Assembly (NCBI GenBank): GCA_963703315.1
Contig: OY969811.1
Location: 32,001-96,000 of the forward strand
Direction of reading: 5' to 3'
Source of the DNA: an uncultured cyanobacterium
GTDB lineage: Bacteria > Cyanobacteriota > Cyanobacteriia > Pseudanabaenales > Pseudanabaenaceae
Length of the DNA: 64,000 nt
Below are positions 10,198-20,531 of this stretch, piece after piece. The translations under genes and the position numbers were made by a program. Below the pieces are notes generated by a model that saw nothing but the letters and a program-made list of their open reading frames with translations, ran no database searches and was not told the DNA's origin. Position 1 is the first letter of the stretch, and every line of letters begins with the position of its first letter.

Positions 10198-10858
10198 ATG
10201 GAAGAATTGTTAGAACTTCAGGGATTTTTACTTGATGGCAATATCCATGAAGCTTTGCTGTTGGTTGAGGAAATGACGGAAATGAGCAAAGACGACAAGC
10301 TGAATAAAATCTCCAGTTTTGCCAAGCTCCTCTTGTTACATTTAACCCACATTCCGCTCGTAATGGAGGCCTAAAAATATTTACAACGAGACAATGAGGG
10401 TTTCAGCGATTTTCTGGAAAATTAATGATAATGACTCCTATTAGTACGTCATTATTGACAATATTAAGATAGTGTTATTTTTCTGACGAAAGCCCAAAAT
10501 ACTTACTGTATAAGGATTTGTTTTCTAAATATTTTTTTCAGTAAAATAAGAGCGGAATGTGGGTTTAATCAAACGCCAAGCAGAAGGAAGAACAACGAGA
10601 TCGTGGGATGCTTCCATTGAGAATGCTGTCTATGAAATTCAAAAAACCAATCGTCGCCGTAAAGCTGGTGGTAACTATCTATCAATCGAGGAATTGAGGG
10701 AAGCTATCAATGATGCCTATCGAGTGGCTTTGTCTGGTGCGGCGGCTGAGGCTTTTGGTGGTTGCTATACGGTGTCACAATTAGCCGCAATGGTTGATCG
10801 CAATACTATTGTCGATCAAGCGATCACCTTAATATTAGACTATCCAACTCCTCCATAA
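10198..10858 (+). pseudogene. DUF29-family gene interrupted by a MITE
   Basis: RBS AGGAG, ATG 10198 giving MEELLELQ...MSKDDKLNKI...LLLHL; after the insertion it continues IKRQAEGRTTRSW...; excision restores a 145-aa ORF. Confidence 0.85.
10345..10564. mobile_element. 220-bp non-autonomous MITE with 15-bp terminal inverted repeats (IS982-like ACCC ends)
   Basis: ACCCACATTCCGCTC ... GAGCGGAATGTGGGT flanked by duplicated TTA (or TTTAA if the TIR is taken as 14 bp); no transposase. Confidence 0.88.
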
Positions 10859-11547
10859 ATCGCCAGTTTCTCATTACTAATCCACGCCCAAAGTTGATCA
10901 CCATAGGAGAAATGCCACCATTCATTAGGATGTCTCACAAATCCTCTATGGGTCATCACTTCGTTTAATAATTGCCGATCGCGATGAAACTCCACCGCTT
11001 GAGCATTACGGAAACTTGCAAAATAATCTGGTAAAGAGCGAGCGCTAATTTCATCAATTGGCGAACCCATATTTATTTCTTGCATAGAGTCCCCATTAAA
11101 GGTAGAGACTCTATACAGGGTGACATCGATCGCTGCACCCGTACTGTGAGGCGGCGGCGTTTTTGGGTCATGGCTAGGAATTGCCCAAAACTTCATCACT
11201 TCTGTCATGAGTGAATTTTTTTGCTCTTCAGAAAGAGAATCAACTTTTAATCCCTTACTTTCTACTAACTGAGTGAAACTGTAATCCACCATAAACTGCT
11301 GCACAGGAATCGGGCGATAAGCATCAAAAATGGCAATTTGATAATTAGGGCAAATCGTTTGCAAATAGGCTTGGGATTTTTGCAATCTTTCTAAAATGCC
11401 TTGACGTACAAAAAAAGGAGAGCGATCGCCATAGGGTGCGCCCAATGATATGTATGGATGCGGAGCGATGGTGATGATCTCTGCGGCGATTGCGACAAGT
11501 TGCTCACCACATTCTGCGATCGGAATACTTTGATAGGGTTTGATCAA
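10840..11547 (-). CDS. D-alanyl-D-alanine dipeptidase (VanX/M15 family)
   Basis: IFDAYRP, PPHSTGAAIDVTL, NEWWHFSYGD motifs. Confidence 0.85.
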   Translation of the reverse strand: MIKPYQSIPIAECGEQLVAIAAEIITIAPHPYISLGAPYGDRSPFFVRQGILERLQKSQAYLQTICPNYQIAIFDAYRPIPVQQFMVDYSFTQLVESKGLKVDSLSEEQKNSLMTEVMKFWAIPSHDPKTPPPHSTGAAIDVTLYRVSTFNGDSMQEINMGSPIDEISARSLPDYFASFRNAQAVEFHRDRQLLNEVMTHRGFVRHPNEWWHFSYGDQLWAWISNEKLAIYGGVG

Positions 11548-11663
11548 TGATTTTATGGATTTATATTTAGGTTGCTAATTTTTAAGAAAATTAATAATTT
11601 TTTCGGATCTTGTAAATCTTATTTAATGATATCTTAGGCTCATTCAGCGCAGAGATAACTCGA

Positions 11664-12647
11664 ATGAAAATCGTGTCTAAAGTTGCAGCTTCAGTGACTG
11701 TTTTAGGGTTGCTTATATCAACCCCTTTTTTTGTCCCTACAGATATCTATGCTCAAGGCGTACAACAGCGCAAACAGGCTAAAAAACGTGTAGCTGTGCT
11801 TGACTTTGAATTTGCTAGCACAGGTCTAACAGGCTCCCAATTTAGTCTATTTGGTACTGGTGGTCCTTCTAAAGGAGTCAGCGATCTGATCACTAATAGT
11901 TTAGTGAAAGATGGAACTTATACCGTAATTGAACGTAGTCGCATCGATCAGATTTTTAAAGAACAGAATCTAGGTGCATCAGGACGGATTGAGCCAACGA
12001 CAGCAGCACAGATTGGGCGGGCTTTGGGAGCCGATGTCTTAATTATTGGGACAGTCACCCGATTTAATCTAGCATCAAGTACTTCTGGTGGCGGATTTTT
12101 AGGATTTGGTAGTACGAATACTACCAATGTAGCGGAAGTTAAGCTAACTGCCAGAGTAGTGGGTACGACCACTGGTGAAATCTTAGTTGTGGCTGACGGT
12201 GAAGGCAAAGAAGAACAGAATGATAGTTCTGTCTCTATTGGTGGTTTGGGTGGCGGAGGTTCTACTACAAACAATACCGATCGCCTACTAAGTGCTGCCG
12301 CCGAAAAGGCAGTTGGGCAAGTTGTTTCTCAACTGGCAAGTGCTGCACCTAAGCTCGCTGCTGTTGCTACTGTTGTACCGAATGTTAGTGCCTTAGTTGC
12401 CGATGTCACTGGCAATCTTGTTACCCTTAATAAAGGTGCTAAGGATGGATTTACCCCCGGGTTAATTGTTTCTGTGGAGCGTGTTGTCAAAGAAGTAAAA
12501 GATCCCTCTACTGGCAAAGTATTGCGGGTAATTTCTAACTCTGTGGGACGGATTCAGCTTACAGAAGTAGATGGAGGCTCTTCTCTCGGCAAGATTATAA
12601 GCGGCGGCGGCTTTAACGTTGGTGATATCGCGAAGCCCGTTGAGTAG
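11664..12647 (+). CDS. CsgG/HfaB-family exported protein
   Basis: Signal peptide, RVAVLDFE, YTVIERSRIDQIFKEQNLG, AAQIGRALGADVLIIG. Confidence 0.78.
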   Translation: MKIVSKVAASVTVLGLLISTPFFVPTDIYAQGVQQRKQAKKRVAVLDFEFASTGLTGSQFSLFGTGGPSKGVSDLITNSLVKDGTYTVIERSRIDQIFKEQNLGASGRIEPTTAAQIGRALGADVLIIGTVTRFNLASSTSGGGFLGFGSTNTTNVAEVKLTARVVGTTTGEILVVADGEGKEEQNDSSVSIGGLGGGGSTTNNTDRLLSAAAEKAVGQVVSQLASAAPKLAAVATVVPNVSALVADVTGNLVTLNKGAKDGFTPGLIVSVERVVKEVKDPSTGKVLRVISNSVGRIQLTEVDGGSSLGKIISGGGFNVGDIAKPVE

Positions 12648-12658
12648 CTAGTTAAAAC

Positions 12659-12709
12659 AAACCGAAAATAGAGTTGCAACGCTTTGCGTTGCAACTCTAT
12701 TTTCGGTTT
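12659..12709. repeat. Triloop palindrome within a dispersed ~100-bp repeat element
   Basis: Perfect inverted repeat around C-TTT-G; flank homologous to the reverse complement of 53995-54094. Confidence 0.8.
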
Positions 12710-12735
12710 TGGGTTTGTCCTCATAAAGGTTGAGA

Positions 12736-13173
12736 ATGAAAAAAATTAGATGCAAGGCGGTATGTGTTTTTTCTTACCAGCAATCAATATTAGTTGCTAA
12801 GGATGCAGATCCTCAAAATGGCGCAACATTCTATGTGCCTCTTGGTGGAGGAATTGAATTTGGAGAGACAAGTCAAGCTGCAATCGTAAGAGAAATTCAA
12901 GAGGAAATCGGGGCTGAGATTGCAGATGTAAAATTTTTAGGGGTTTTAGAAAATTTGTTTTGGTATGGAGGAGCGCCATGTCATGAGGTGATATTTATCT
13001 ATGATGCCAAATTTGTCGATCTGAGTTTTTACAAAAAAGAATCAATTATTGGTCAGGAGACTAGCGGTTTAGAGATAATCGCTACATGGCAAAAGCTTGA
13101 TGATTTTCCAGCACAAGGCAGACTTGTGCCAGATGGGCTATTTGAGTTATTGACAATGCGACTTAATCACTAA
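12736..13173 (+). CDS. NUDIX hydrolase
   Basis: Nudix box GGGIEFGETSQAAIVREIQEEIG. Confidence 0.85.
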   Translation: MKKIRCKAVCVFSYQQSILVAKDADPQNGATFYVPLGGGIEFGETSQAAIVREIQEEIGAEIADVKFLGVLENLFWYGGAPCHEVIFIYDAKFVDLSFYKKESIIGQETSGLEIIATWQKLDDFPAQGRLVPDGLFELLTMRLNH

Positions 13174-13339
13174 TAATGAGTAAATACACTTACTGTACAA
13201 AAGTTAACAAGTTTTCGGATATACTCCGCTAAACTTTTAGCCACGTTAATTCTGATGTGAGGAGGATAAGGCGATCGTTTCTACAACCAATTCAAACAAT
13301 GCAGGTACAACCAGCACTCTACAGTCAACAATACAATCT

Positions 13340-14719
13340 ATGCAATCGACGATGGATCTCGGCAACGCTTCACAAATCATTGAGCCAATCGAATTAACCA
13401 CGCTCGAATCTTCGCAAATGCCCCAAATCGAACCCAACGCCCCAGTCCTCCGCATCATCGGCAAAGCGCCATTATCTGGTCATGTCTCCATTAGCGGCGC
13501 AAAAAACTCGATTCTTGCCCTCATGGCAGGTACACTTTTATCATCTGAAGGCTGCCGTATTCGTAATGTCCCCTATCTCGCTGATGTGCAGCGCATGAGC
13601 GACATTCTTGAAGCCCTCGGTGTCAAAATTTCTCGCAATGGTGAAGTCCTCGATCTTGATACTAGTAATCTGACCAAAAATTCTGCACCTTACGAATTGG
13701 TCAGTAAAATGCGAGCGAGTTTCTTTGCCCTAGGTTCACTGTTGGCAAGACTCGGTTCTGCCAAGATGCCATTACCCGGAGGCTGTGCGATCGGAGCGCG
13801 TCCTGTCGAACTGCACGTTCGTGGTTTGCAAGCACTAGGTGCAGATGTCCAAATCGACCATGGTATCGTCATTGCCCATGCCAAGAGCCGTAATGGACGT
13901 TTGCAAGGCGCAAAAATTTATCTCGATTGCCCCAGTGTTGGTGCAACCGAAACCTTGATGATGGCGGCAACATTAGCCGAAGGTCAAACAATTATTGAAA
14001 ATGCTGCCCAAGAGCCTGAAGTGATCGATCTGGCGGATCTTTGCATTGCAATGGGTGCAAAAATTTATGGTGCTGGCACAAATACGATCATCATTGATGG
14101 TGTGGATAAGCTCCACTTTGCCGATTTTACTGCGATTCCCGATCGCGTTGAAGCGGCAACATTTATGGTCGCCGCCGCCATTACGCGATCGACTCTATCC
14201 ATGTCGCCCGTAATTCCTGCACACCTCACCGCCGCGATTTCTAAGTTGCAAGATATCGGTGTCACTGTACGGATTGATTCGCCAGATACGATTACGGTGA
14301 TTGGGGGCGATCGCTATCGGGCTGTGGATATCGAAACCTTGCCTTACCCCGGCTTCCCCACCGATATGCAAGCGCAGTTCATGGCATTGCTGACCATCTG
14401 CGAAGGCAATGGCGTAGTCACCGAGACTGTATTTGAAAACCGTTTACAGCACGTTGCCGAACTCAATCGGATGGGTGCAAATATTCGCCTCAAAAATAAT
14501 GTGGCAGTCGTCACAGGTGTTACGCAGTTGTCAGGCGCTCCTGTCATGGCTACTGATTTACGTGCTTCAGCCGCATTGGTCATCGCAGGACTAGCTGCCG
14601 ATGGTGAAACGACAGTGATGGGCTTGCACCACCTTGATCGCGGCTATGATCGCATCGAAGAAAAGTTACGCAAGGTCGGTGCAAAGCTCTATCGCACCAC
14701 AGAAACGGTAATTGCTTAA
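13340..14719 (+). CDS. murA: UDP-N-acetylglucosamine 1-carboxyvinyltransferase
   Basis: [17 protein letters not shown] (catalytic Cys), [20 protein letters not shown]. Confidence 0.96.
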   Translation: MQSTMDLGNASQIIEPIELTTLESSQMPQIEPNAPVLRIIGKAPLSGHVSISGAKNSILALMAGTLLSSEGCRIRNVPYLADVQRMSDILEALGVKISRNGEVLDLDTSNLTKNSAPYELVSKMRASFFALGSLLARLGSAKMPLPGGCAIGARPVELHVRGLQALGADVQIDHGIVIAHAKSRNGRLQGAKIYLDCPSVGATETLMMAATLAEGQTIIENAAQEPEVIDLADLCIAMGAKIYGAGTNTIIIDGVDKLHFADFTAIPDRVEAATFMVAAAITRSTLSMSPVIPAHLTAAISKLQDIGVTVRIDSPDTITVIGGDRYRAVDIETLPYPGFPTDMQAQFMALLTICEGNGVVTETVFENRLQHVAELNRMGANIRLKNNVAVVTGVTQLSGAPVMATDLRASAALVIAGLAADGETTVMGLHHLDRGYDRIEEKLRKVGAKLYRTTETVIA

Positions 14720-14721
14720 CA

Positions 14722-14766
14722 TCAAAATATTAGTAGCGGCGCGAAGCGCCGCTACTAATATTTTGA
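14722..14766. terminator. Perfect palindrome (GC-GAA-GC loop) between convergent genes; probable bidirectional terminator and repeat-family member
   Basis: TCAAAATATTAGTAGCGGCGC GAA GCGCCGCTACTAATATTTTGA. Confidence 0.72.
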
Positions 14767-14770
14767 GCTT

Positions 14771-15787
14771 TTAAATTTTGAGTAACTCGATCGCTGATTC
14801 GGCGGCGGCAAGCCCTGAATGATAGGCAGCTTCGATATTTTTACCTGCACACCAATCACCAGCACAGACAAGGGCTAAAGGTATCGCCGTTGATAGGCAA
14901 GAAACCCCTAAAGACTCTTCGGCTAGGGCATAGCGCCAACGATGTACTTGCCACCATTCAGGATTGGCTAACCATTTTGCTAATAACTTGCCCACTTGAT
15001 TAAGCAAGGGTTTACCTGCAATTTCTAGATCAGGCTCTTCCATTGATTGTTTGGCAAACTCAGCAGTGCTTTGCAGCACAAAAACAGGTTGCGAGGATTT
15101 GTCAGGATGTTTGCTGCTATCGTAACTAATCCAGTCAAGAATCGGATCATTCACGCATCTAATTGCTTGCCATTCCACAGGCACAGCATTACTAGGATTA
15201 TAGCCAGCCATAATGGTGACGCTGGGTGCAAATTTGACAGATTGAACTGCTTGTAAAAAACTAGACGCGGGAGAAAGCACCTCCTCAAATACAGGTAGAA
15301 ACTGGGGTGCAGGCATAGTAGAGACGATCGCTTTAGTTTCTAGAACTTCTTGGCGATCGGTCAGTAATTGCCATCTAGTATCGTTGTGATTGACTCCAAT
15401 CACACGGGTATTGTTAATAATTGATAGTTCATTACTAAGGTATTTAGCGATCGCCGTCATCCCAAGAGGACAGCAATAGCGCGTATGTCGTTTGTCAGCA
15501 TCAGGAGGAAATAGACCTGCATCCGACAGTTGATAAACATTGCGAGTCCATTCCTGCACGATCTGCTTTTCTTGCAGTTTACGAATAAACCGATCAAAGC
15601 TATCGCTTTTGATCGATATTAACTGTGCGCCATGATCGACCCAAGTTCCTTGCAAGCGTCTAGTTGCCATCCTTCCGCCGACCCCTGCGGATTTTTCGAC
15701 TATGCTGACATCTAGACCTGCTTGTTTTAACTGTTGAGCGCAGATTAAGCCTGCCATACCTGCGCCGATCACGATTACATCTTTCAT
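14771..15787 (-). CDS. Renalase-like NAD(P)/FAD-dependent oxidoreductase
   Basis: GAGMAG, EKSAGVGGRMATRR, DHGAQ, HRWRYA, AGDW. Confidence 0.85.
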   Translation of the reverse strand: MKDVIVIGAGMAGLICAQQLKQAGLDVSIVEKSAGVGGRMATRRLQGTWVDHGAQLISIKSDSFDRFIRKLQEKQIVQEWTRNVYQLSDAGLFPPDADKRHTRYCCPLGMTAIAKYLSNELSIINNTRVIGVNHNDTRWQLLTDRQEVLETKAIVSTMPAPQFLPVFEEVLSPASSFLQAVQSVKFAPSVTIMAGYNPSNAVPVEWQAIRCVNDPILDWISYDSSKHPDKSSQPVFVLQSTAEFAKQSMEEPDLEIAGKPLLNQVGKLLAKWLANPEWWQVHRWRYALAEESLGVSCLSTAIPLALVCAGDWCAGKNIEAAYHSGLAAAESAIELLKI

Positions 15788-15941
15788 AAAGTTTCAGTTC
15801 ATGCCTCTTGAAGAGCTTAGCTCATGTTGAATTAATCGCAACCATCAAAAATAGTTTTTCACCGCTATGGCGATGCAAAACTAGGTAGTTATGTAATTGT
15901 GTCGCAGCCACGAAGCACCCGTAACACATTAAAAACCAGAG

Positions 15942-15984
15942 CTAAAACCTGTGGCGCACGCGCAGCGTGCGCCACAGGTTTTAG
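15942..15984. repeat. Triloop palindrome (GC-GCA-GC), same core as 47230-47266
   Basis: CTGTGGCGCACGC GCA GCGTGCGCCACAG present at both sites. Confidence 0.8.
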
Positions 15985-16012
15985 GGTTTTATATCTAATT
16001 GCGCCTAGCTAT

Positions 16013-16885
16013 TTATAGAGTATCTTGCATTTTCTCACCGTCATGATACGCAGCGAACAATACGGGACAAGTTTTACCCCATGCGATCGCGCCAGTAGCA
16101 TCGAGACAAATTGCGCCAAAATCGCGATCGCGACTTTTTGCCTCATTAATCGACTTTTCAACTGCTTGCTGAAGGGTCATCCCATCGGTGACCCGTACCA
16201 CCACTCTAGTCGCAAAGCCTTCATCGAGAATGTCTTCACCAACACCTGTACAGCTTACGCCTGCAAATTTAGTGGCATAGTTCCCCGCAGGGGTTGCCGA
16301 GTCGCTGACTCGACCAATCCGTTCAAAGCCACGTCCACCCGTCGATGTCCCCGCACAAATGCTGCCATATTGGTCTAGCACCACTGCTCCGATTGTTCCC
16401 ATCGCCACATCTGCCATTTTGCGAGTGAAGTTAGTCTTGCGTTCCTCCACCCATTCCGCAAGGCGTTCATCGGTGAGGGGATTATAAATCGGGATACCAA
16501 GTTCGCGAGTGAGTTCCGCTGAGCCGTAATCAGAAAGAACGCGATCGTCGCTAGTTTGCAAATGTTTAGCCAGATCAATCGGATTCTTAACTCTTGCGGT
16601 ATTAATGACACCACTAAAACTTTGGCGATCGCCATCCATAATCGAGGCACTCATCCGCACCTGTCCATCGGACTGCAAGACAGAGCCAGTCCCCGCATTA
16701 AATCGGGGATCGTCTTCGAGCATTTGACAAGCTTTGACGACAGCATCGATCGCCTTCGTGCCATTAAGCAGCATCGGATAGACAGTTTCGAGAACTGCAA
16801 ATAATGACTTGCGAACAGGTTCGTAGCCGCCTTTGCTTTCGACAGTGCTACCCGCACCGCCATGAATGATGATTTTTGGTTGCAT
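16013..16885 (-). CDS. Isoaspartyl peptidase / L-asparaginase (Ntn hydrolase)
   Basis: IIIHGGAG, FNAGTGS, GTIGAV, TSTGG, GRVSDS, CTGVGE. Confidence 0.88.
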   Translation of the reverse strand: MQPKIIIHGGAGSTVESKGGYEPVRKSLFAVLETVYPMLLNGTKAIDAVVKACQMLEDDPRFNAGTGSVLQSDGQVRMSASIMDGDRQSFSGVINTARVKNPIDLAKHLQTSDDRVLSDYGSAELTRELGIPIYNPLTDERLAEWVEERKTNFTRKMADVAMGTIGAVVLDQYGSICAGTSTGGRGFERIGRVSDSATPAGNYATKFAGVSCTGVGEDILDEGFATRVVVRVTDGMTLQQAVEKSINEAKSRDRDFGAICLDATGAIAWGKTCPVLFAAYHDGEKMQDTL

Positions 16886-17004
16886 TTTTTGTTTGGTGAT
16901 TGGGAATTGGGAATTGGTCTCTTAGAATTTAAATTATTGATTGCCTATAGACTCAATAAACTTGAGTGTAGCTAAATCTTTTTATGTGGCATTAGATCTA
17001 AATT

Positions 17005-17340
17005 TCAGATCGTATTGACATTACAAGAATTTGGACAATTCGATTGATTCTTAATGTCACTATTTCTTATAGTCCAATTTTCTTTACACCATAAACAAAT
17101 ATACTCACGAGGGTAAGGATGCTCACTATATTCCCTCCAAGTTGGAGATGCTACACCTGCCCTGATAATTTCAGGATATCTGTTGTAGCTGTTCGGCTTT
17201 GTAACAAGAAGCTGAAAAGTCTTTTTTAGATTTAACTCAACTTCGGGACTAAGTTTTTGTAACTCTTTTAGTTTCTCTCTCAAATCTAGGAGCGCATATA
17301 AGGCAGGTGCTGACTCCCGATCATCTTTCATTTTACTCAT
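17005..17340 (-). CDS. Hypothetical protein with C-terminal Cys pairs
   Basis: 111-aa ATG-started AT-rich ORF with CLWC...CPNSC. Confidence 0.5.
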   Translation of the reverse strand: MSKMKDDRESAPALYALLDLREKLKELQKLSPEVELNLKKTFQLLVTKPNSYNRYPEIIRAGVASPTWREYSEHPYPREYICLWCKENWTIRNSDIKNQSNCPNSCNVNTI

Positions 17341-17387
17341 AGCAATTGATTAAACCTACTCAATAAATAATTTAGAATTAAAAAATT

Positions 17388-18032
17388 CTAAGCGCGAAAT
17401 TGTTCCATTAGCCATGCAGTGATAGAGCTTTGATTTTCTTGGCGGCTACGTTGGAGAGCTTGTTCGAGAATTTCTAGCTTTAATCCTGTTAAAACCAATG
17501 ATTCGCGAATACGCCTAATGCTTCCATCATTTCCATGCGTGAAAGCAAAAATTTGCATAGTTTGAACATTCACAATCCAATATTCGGAGATTCCTAAATC
17601 CTCATATTGCAAGCGTTTTGCGCCTAAGTCATCGGCAAGAGAAGTATCTGAGATTTCAATAACTAGATCGGGTAATGGATACTGATCTAAGTCAATGATT
17701 CTCGTTCCCCAAGGGATAACATCGGCATTTGCACCAACATAGTATGAGGCATCAGGCTGAAATTCCGTATATCCTTTTTTGCGAAAGGAGCAGTCATTAT
17801 GTCCATTGATTGGAATACCTTGCAAAGATGCAAATAGACCAACACTCATAATGATGGTCATGTGGTCTTTGGAATGGTCGGAGCCTGTGGATATGGGTTC
17901 AAACCTCATCTTGCCGTTGTAATAGTAGCTTTTGAGTTTGGTGGAATCTGGAGCATCGGCAATATTCACAAATTCTTGCCAAGGGGCTGATATCCATGTT
18001 TCTAATGGTGTTTGGGTTTGTAGTAGGGGCAT
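17388..18032 (-). CDS. Uma2 (DUF820) family endonuclease-like protein
   Basis: FQPDASYY, PDLVIEISDTS, YEDLGISEYWIVN. Confidence 0.85.
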   Translation of the reverse strand: MPLLQTQTPLETWISAPWQEFVNIADAPDSTKLKSYYYNGKMRFEPISTGSDHSKDHMTIIMSVGLFASLQGIPINGHNDCSFRKKGYTEFQPDASYYVGANADVIPWGTRIIDLDQYPLPDLVIEISDTSLADDLGAKRLQYEDLGISEYWIVNVQTMQIFAFTHGNDGSIRRIRESLVLTGLKLEILEQALQRSRQENQSSITAWLMEQFRA

Positions 18033-18071
18033 AGGTTTCACCTGCACTCATTTGGTGCTTTAAGTCTGTTG

Positions 18072-18236
18072 TCAATCCCAAAATTTAGCATTCAACATTG
18101 TGTCAATCTCCTCTATCAATTTCTCAACATCAAGATTTTGGAAATCACCCGCTTTTAATTGGGCGATCGCTGTCTCTAACCATAGGTCAAGATCGCGATC
18201 GTACAAGCTTAGTGGAGGTGCTATTGCCTGTGACAT
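18072..18236 (-). pseudogene. Truncated DUF29-family gene (N-terminal fragment)
   Basis: Manual translation MSQAIAPPLSLYDRDLDLWLETAIAQLKAGDFQNLDVEKLIEEIDTMLNAKFWD* fits the DUF29 N-terminus and stops at 54 aa. Confidence 0.72.
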
Positions 18237-18278
18237 TGGTGCTGCTCCCTACTCAAGACGTTATTCAAGATATTGCTT

Positions 18279-19712
18279 TTACAACTCTCCAAAACCCTTC
18301 TTCTTTTTCTTCTTCTTGCCATAGGCAGGATTGCCCGATGGAGCTTGGTTACCCATGCCACCCATGCCAGGGAATCCACCGCCACCCATGTTTGGCATTC
18401 CTGGGAAGTTGGGCATTTTACCTTGTCCCATTTGCTGCATGAGCGATCGCATCTTCTGGAAGTCAGCAACTAGTTTGGTGACATCTTGCAGCTTATAGCC
18501 AGCACCATTAGCAATCCGTTGTTTACGGCTAGGACTTTTGGCGATGAGATCGGGATCTTTGCGTTCCTGTTTGGTCATCGAAGAAATCATTGACTCACAG
18601 CGTTTCAGTTGCTTTTCCGCTTCTTGAATTTGCGCGTCATTGATTTTCATGCCGGGCAGCATTTTCAACATTCCACCGAAAGAACCCATGTTTTTCATCA
18701 TGCGGGTATTCTTCAGGAAGTCGTCAAAGTCGAACTTGGCGCTGAGAATTTTTTCTTGAAGTTTTGCAGCATCAGTAATGTCAATTTCTTCTTGAGCTTT
18801 CTCCACCAGAGTCAGCACATCACCCATGCCCAAAATCCGCGAAGCCATCCGCTCAGGATAGAAGGGTTGTAACGCCTCAACCTTCTCACCGACACCGATA
18901 AATTTAATCGGCTGTCCCGAAATCTGCCGCACCGATAGCGCTGCACCACCACGAGTATCACCATCCATCTTGGTCAAGATTGCACCCGTAACCCCAATCT
19001 CATCATGGAAAGTACGGGTCAGCGTTGCCGCCTCTTGCCCTGTCATCGCATCGACAACCAGCAGCACCTCATCGGGATTAATCGCATCCTTGACGCGCTT
19101 GAGTTCATCCATCATGTCGCGATCGATCTGCAAGCGTCCCGCCGTATCGACGATCACGGTATCAACGCCTAATTCCTTCGCCTTAGCCAAGCCTTGACGG
19201 GCAATCTCCACAGGGTCAGCATCAGCACCCATTTCAAAGACTGGCACATTGATTTGCTTACCAAGAGTGATCAACTGATCGATCGCCGCAGGACGATATA
19301 CGTCAGTCGCCACCAGTAAAGCCGTGCGCTCTAATTTGCGTAAATGTAAAGCTAATTTGGCGGTAGCCGTCGTTTTACCCGTACCCTGTAAACCCGCCAT
19401 CAAAATTACGGTTGGCGCATTGTCTGCCTCGGCAAGTGGCACATTTGCCTCGCCCATCGTCCTTACCAATTCGTCATAGACGATCTTGATAAACTGCTGA
19501 TCGGGGCGCACACCTGCGATTACATCAGCGCCTTGAGCCTGTTTGGAGATTTCTTCAACAAATTCTTTGACAACCTGTAAGTTGACATCTGCCTCTAAGA
19601 GCGCCCTGCGTACTTCACGAATTGCGCCTTGGATATTGGAGTCGGAGATTTTGTCCTGTCCGCGTAACTTTTTCCAAGCCGCCTCAAATTTATCGGCGAT
19701 TTCATCAAACAT
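18279..19712 (-). CDS. ffh: Signal recognition particle protein
   Basis: GLQGTGKTT, DVYRPAA, DTAGR, TKMDGDTRGGAALS, Met-rich M domain. Confidence 0.97.
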   Translation of the reverse strand: MFDEIADKFEAAWKKLRGQDKISDSNIQGAIREVRRALLEADVNLQVVKEFVEEISKQAQGADVIAGVRPDQQFIKIVYDELVRTMGEANVPLAEADNAPTVILMAGLQGTGKTTATAKLALHLRKLERTALLVATDVYRPAAIDQLITLGKQINVPVFEMGADADPVEIARQGLAKAKELGVDTVIVDTAGRLQIDRDMMDELKRVKDAINPDEVLLVVDAMTGQEAATLTRTFHDEIGVTGAILTKMDGDTRGGAALSVRQISGQPIKFIGVGEKVEALQPFYPERMASRILGMGDVLTLVEKAQEEIDITDAAKLQEKILSAKFDFDDFLKNTRMMKNMGSFGGMLKMLPGMKINDAQIQEAEKQLKRCESMISSMTKQERKDPDLIAKSPSRKQRIANGAGYKLQDVTKLVADFQKMRSLMQQMGQGKMPNFPGMPNMGGGGFPGMGGMGNQAPSGNPAYGKKKKKKKGFGEL

Positions 19713-19928
19713 ATCTAGTTTTGCTTTTGCTGTTGGTTCTAACTACTAATTTACCGTTACCACCGTTACATTGATCGCGATTGCTGAAAATTACGATGCA
19801 GCGCAAAGTGCTGTAATTGTCTGCAAGCTTTATGTAATATCCATCTACTCCTCATCTGACACTCATTTTTCTCAACTTTAATAAATTTAGTCTTAAATCC
19901 AGCCCCATATTTTATCTAAGCAATTTCT

Positions 19929-20426
19929 ATGAAAGCTAAGTATCTGAACACTTTGACCGCGATCGCCTTGTTAACTGTTGGCACAGCGATCGCTTCAGTA
20001 AAGCTAGAATCGATCCCACAATCTTTGTCTGAGGCGATCGCAGGTGAAGCCGCCTATGCCCAATCAACTTCTGTCGGTGGCTCGCTCGCCAAAAAGTTGC
20101 AAGGAAAGCCCGTTGTGGTTGATATCTATGCTAGTTGGTGTTCTGCTTGCAAAAATATTGCTCCAACTCTTTCCCAACTGAAACAACAATATGCAGGTAA
20201 AGTTCACTTTGTGGTGCTAGATGTATCAGATCGATCCACTACGGCTAAATCAGAGGCGATCGCTAGAGAGTTGGGACTCAGCGCTTTCTTTGCTGCCAAT
20301 AAGACTCAAACAGGTTCATTAACAATCGTCGATCCATCTACAGGCAAAATCTTATCGCAACACCGCAATAATGCTAATAAAGCTACCTATACCAAGGTCT
20401 TAGATGCAGCTTTGGCTAAGAAGTAA
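19929..20426 (+). CDS. Exported thioredoxin-family protein (copy 1)
   Basis: Signal peptide, DIYASWCSACK active site. Confidence 0.8.
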   Translation: MKAKYLNTLTAIALLTVGTAIASVKLESIPQSLSEAIAGEAAYAQSTSVGGSLAKKLQGKPVVVDIYASWCSACKNIAPTLSQLKQQYAGKVHFVVLDVSDRSTTAKSEAIARELGLSAFFAANKTQTGSLTIVDPSTGKILSQHRNNANKATYTKVLDAALAKK

Positions 20427-20531
20427 TACCAAATAAAGAAATGGCTACGTCATTTCTTTATTTGGTATTACGCCCTTTCCAGTCTAAAAACAGACACCAA
20501 CATCTAACAATATTCACCACCTAAAAAATCC

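Noticed and set aside
10559..10858. 99-aa ORF as a separate gene
   Set aside because: Its GTG start lies within the MITE TIR; it is the 3' part of the interrupted DUF29 gene
13180..13193. GTA-N8-TAC NtcA-like site upstream of murA
   Set aside because: The nearest TAN3T is 26 nt away rather than ~22, murA has no expected NtcA link, and the short motif occurs by chance
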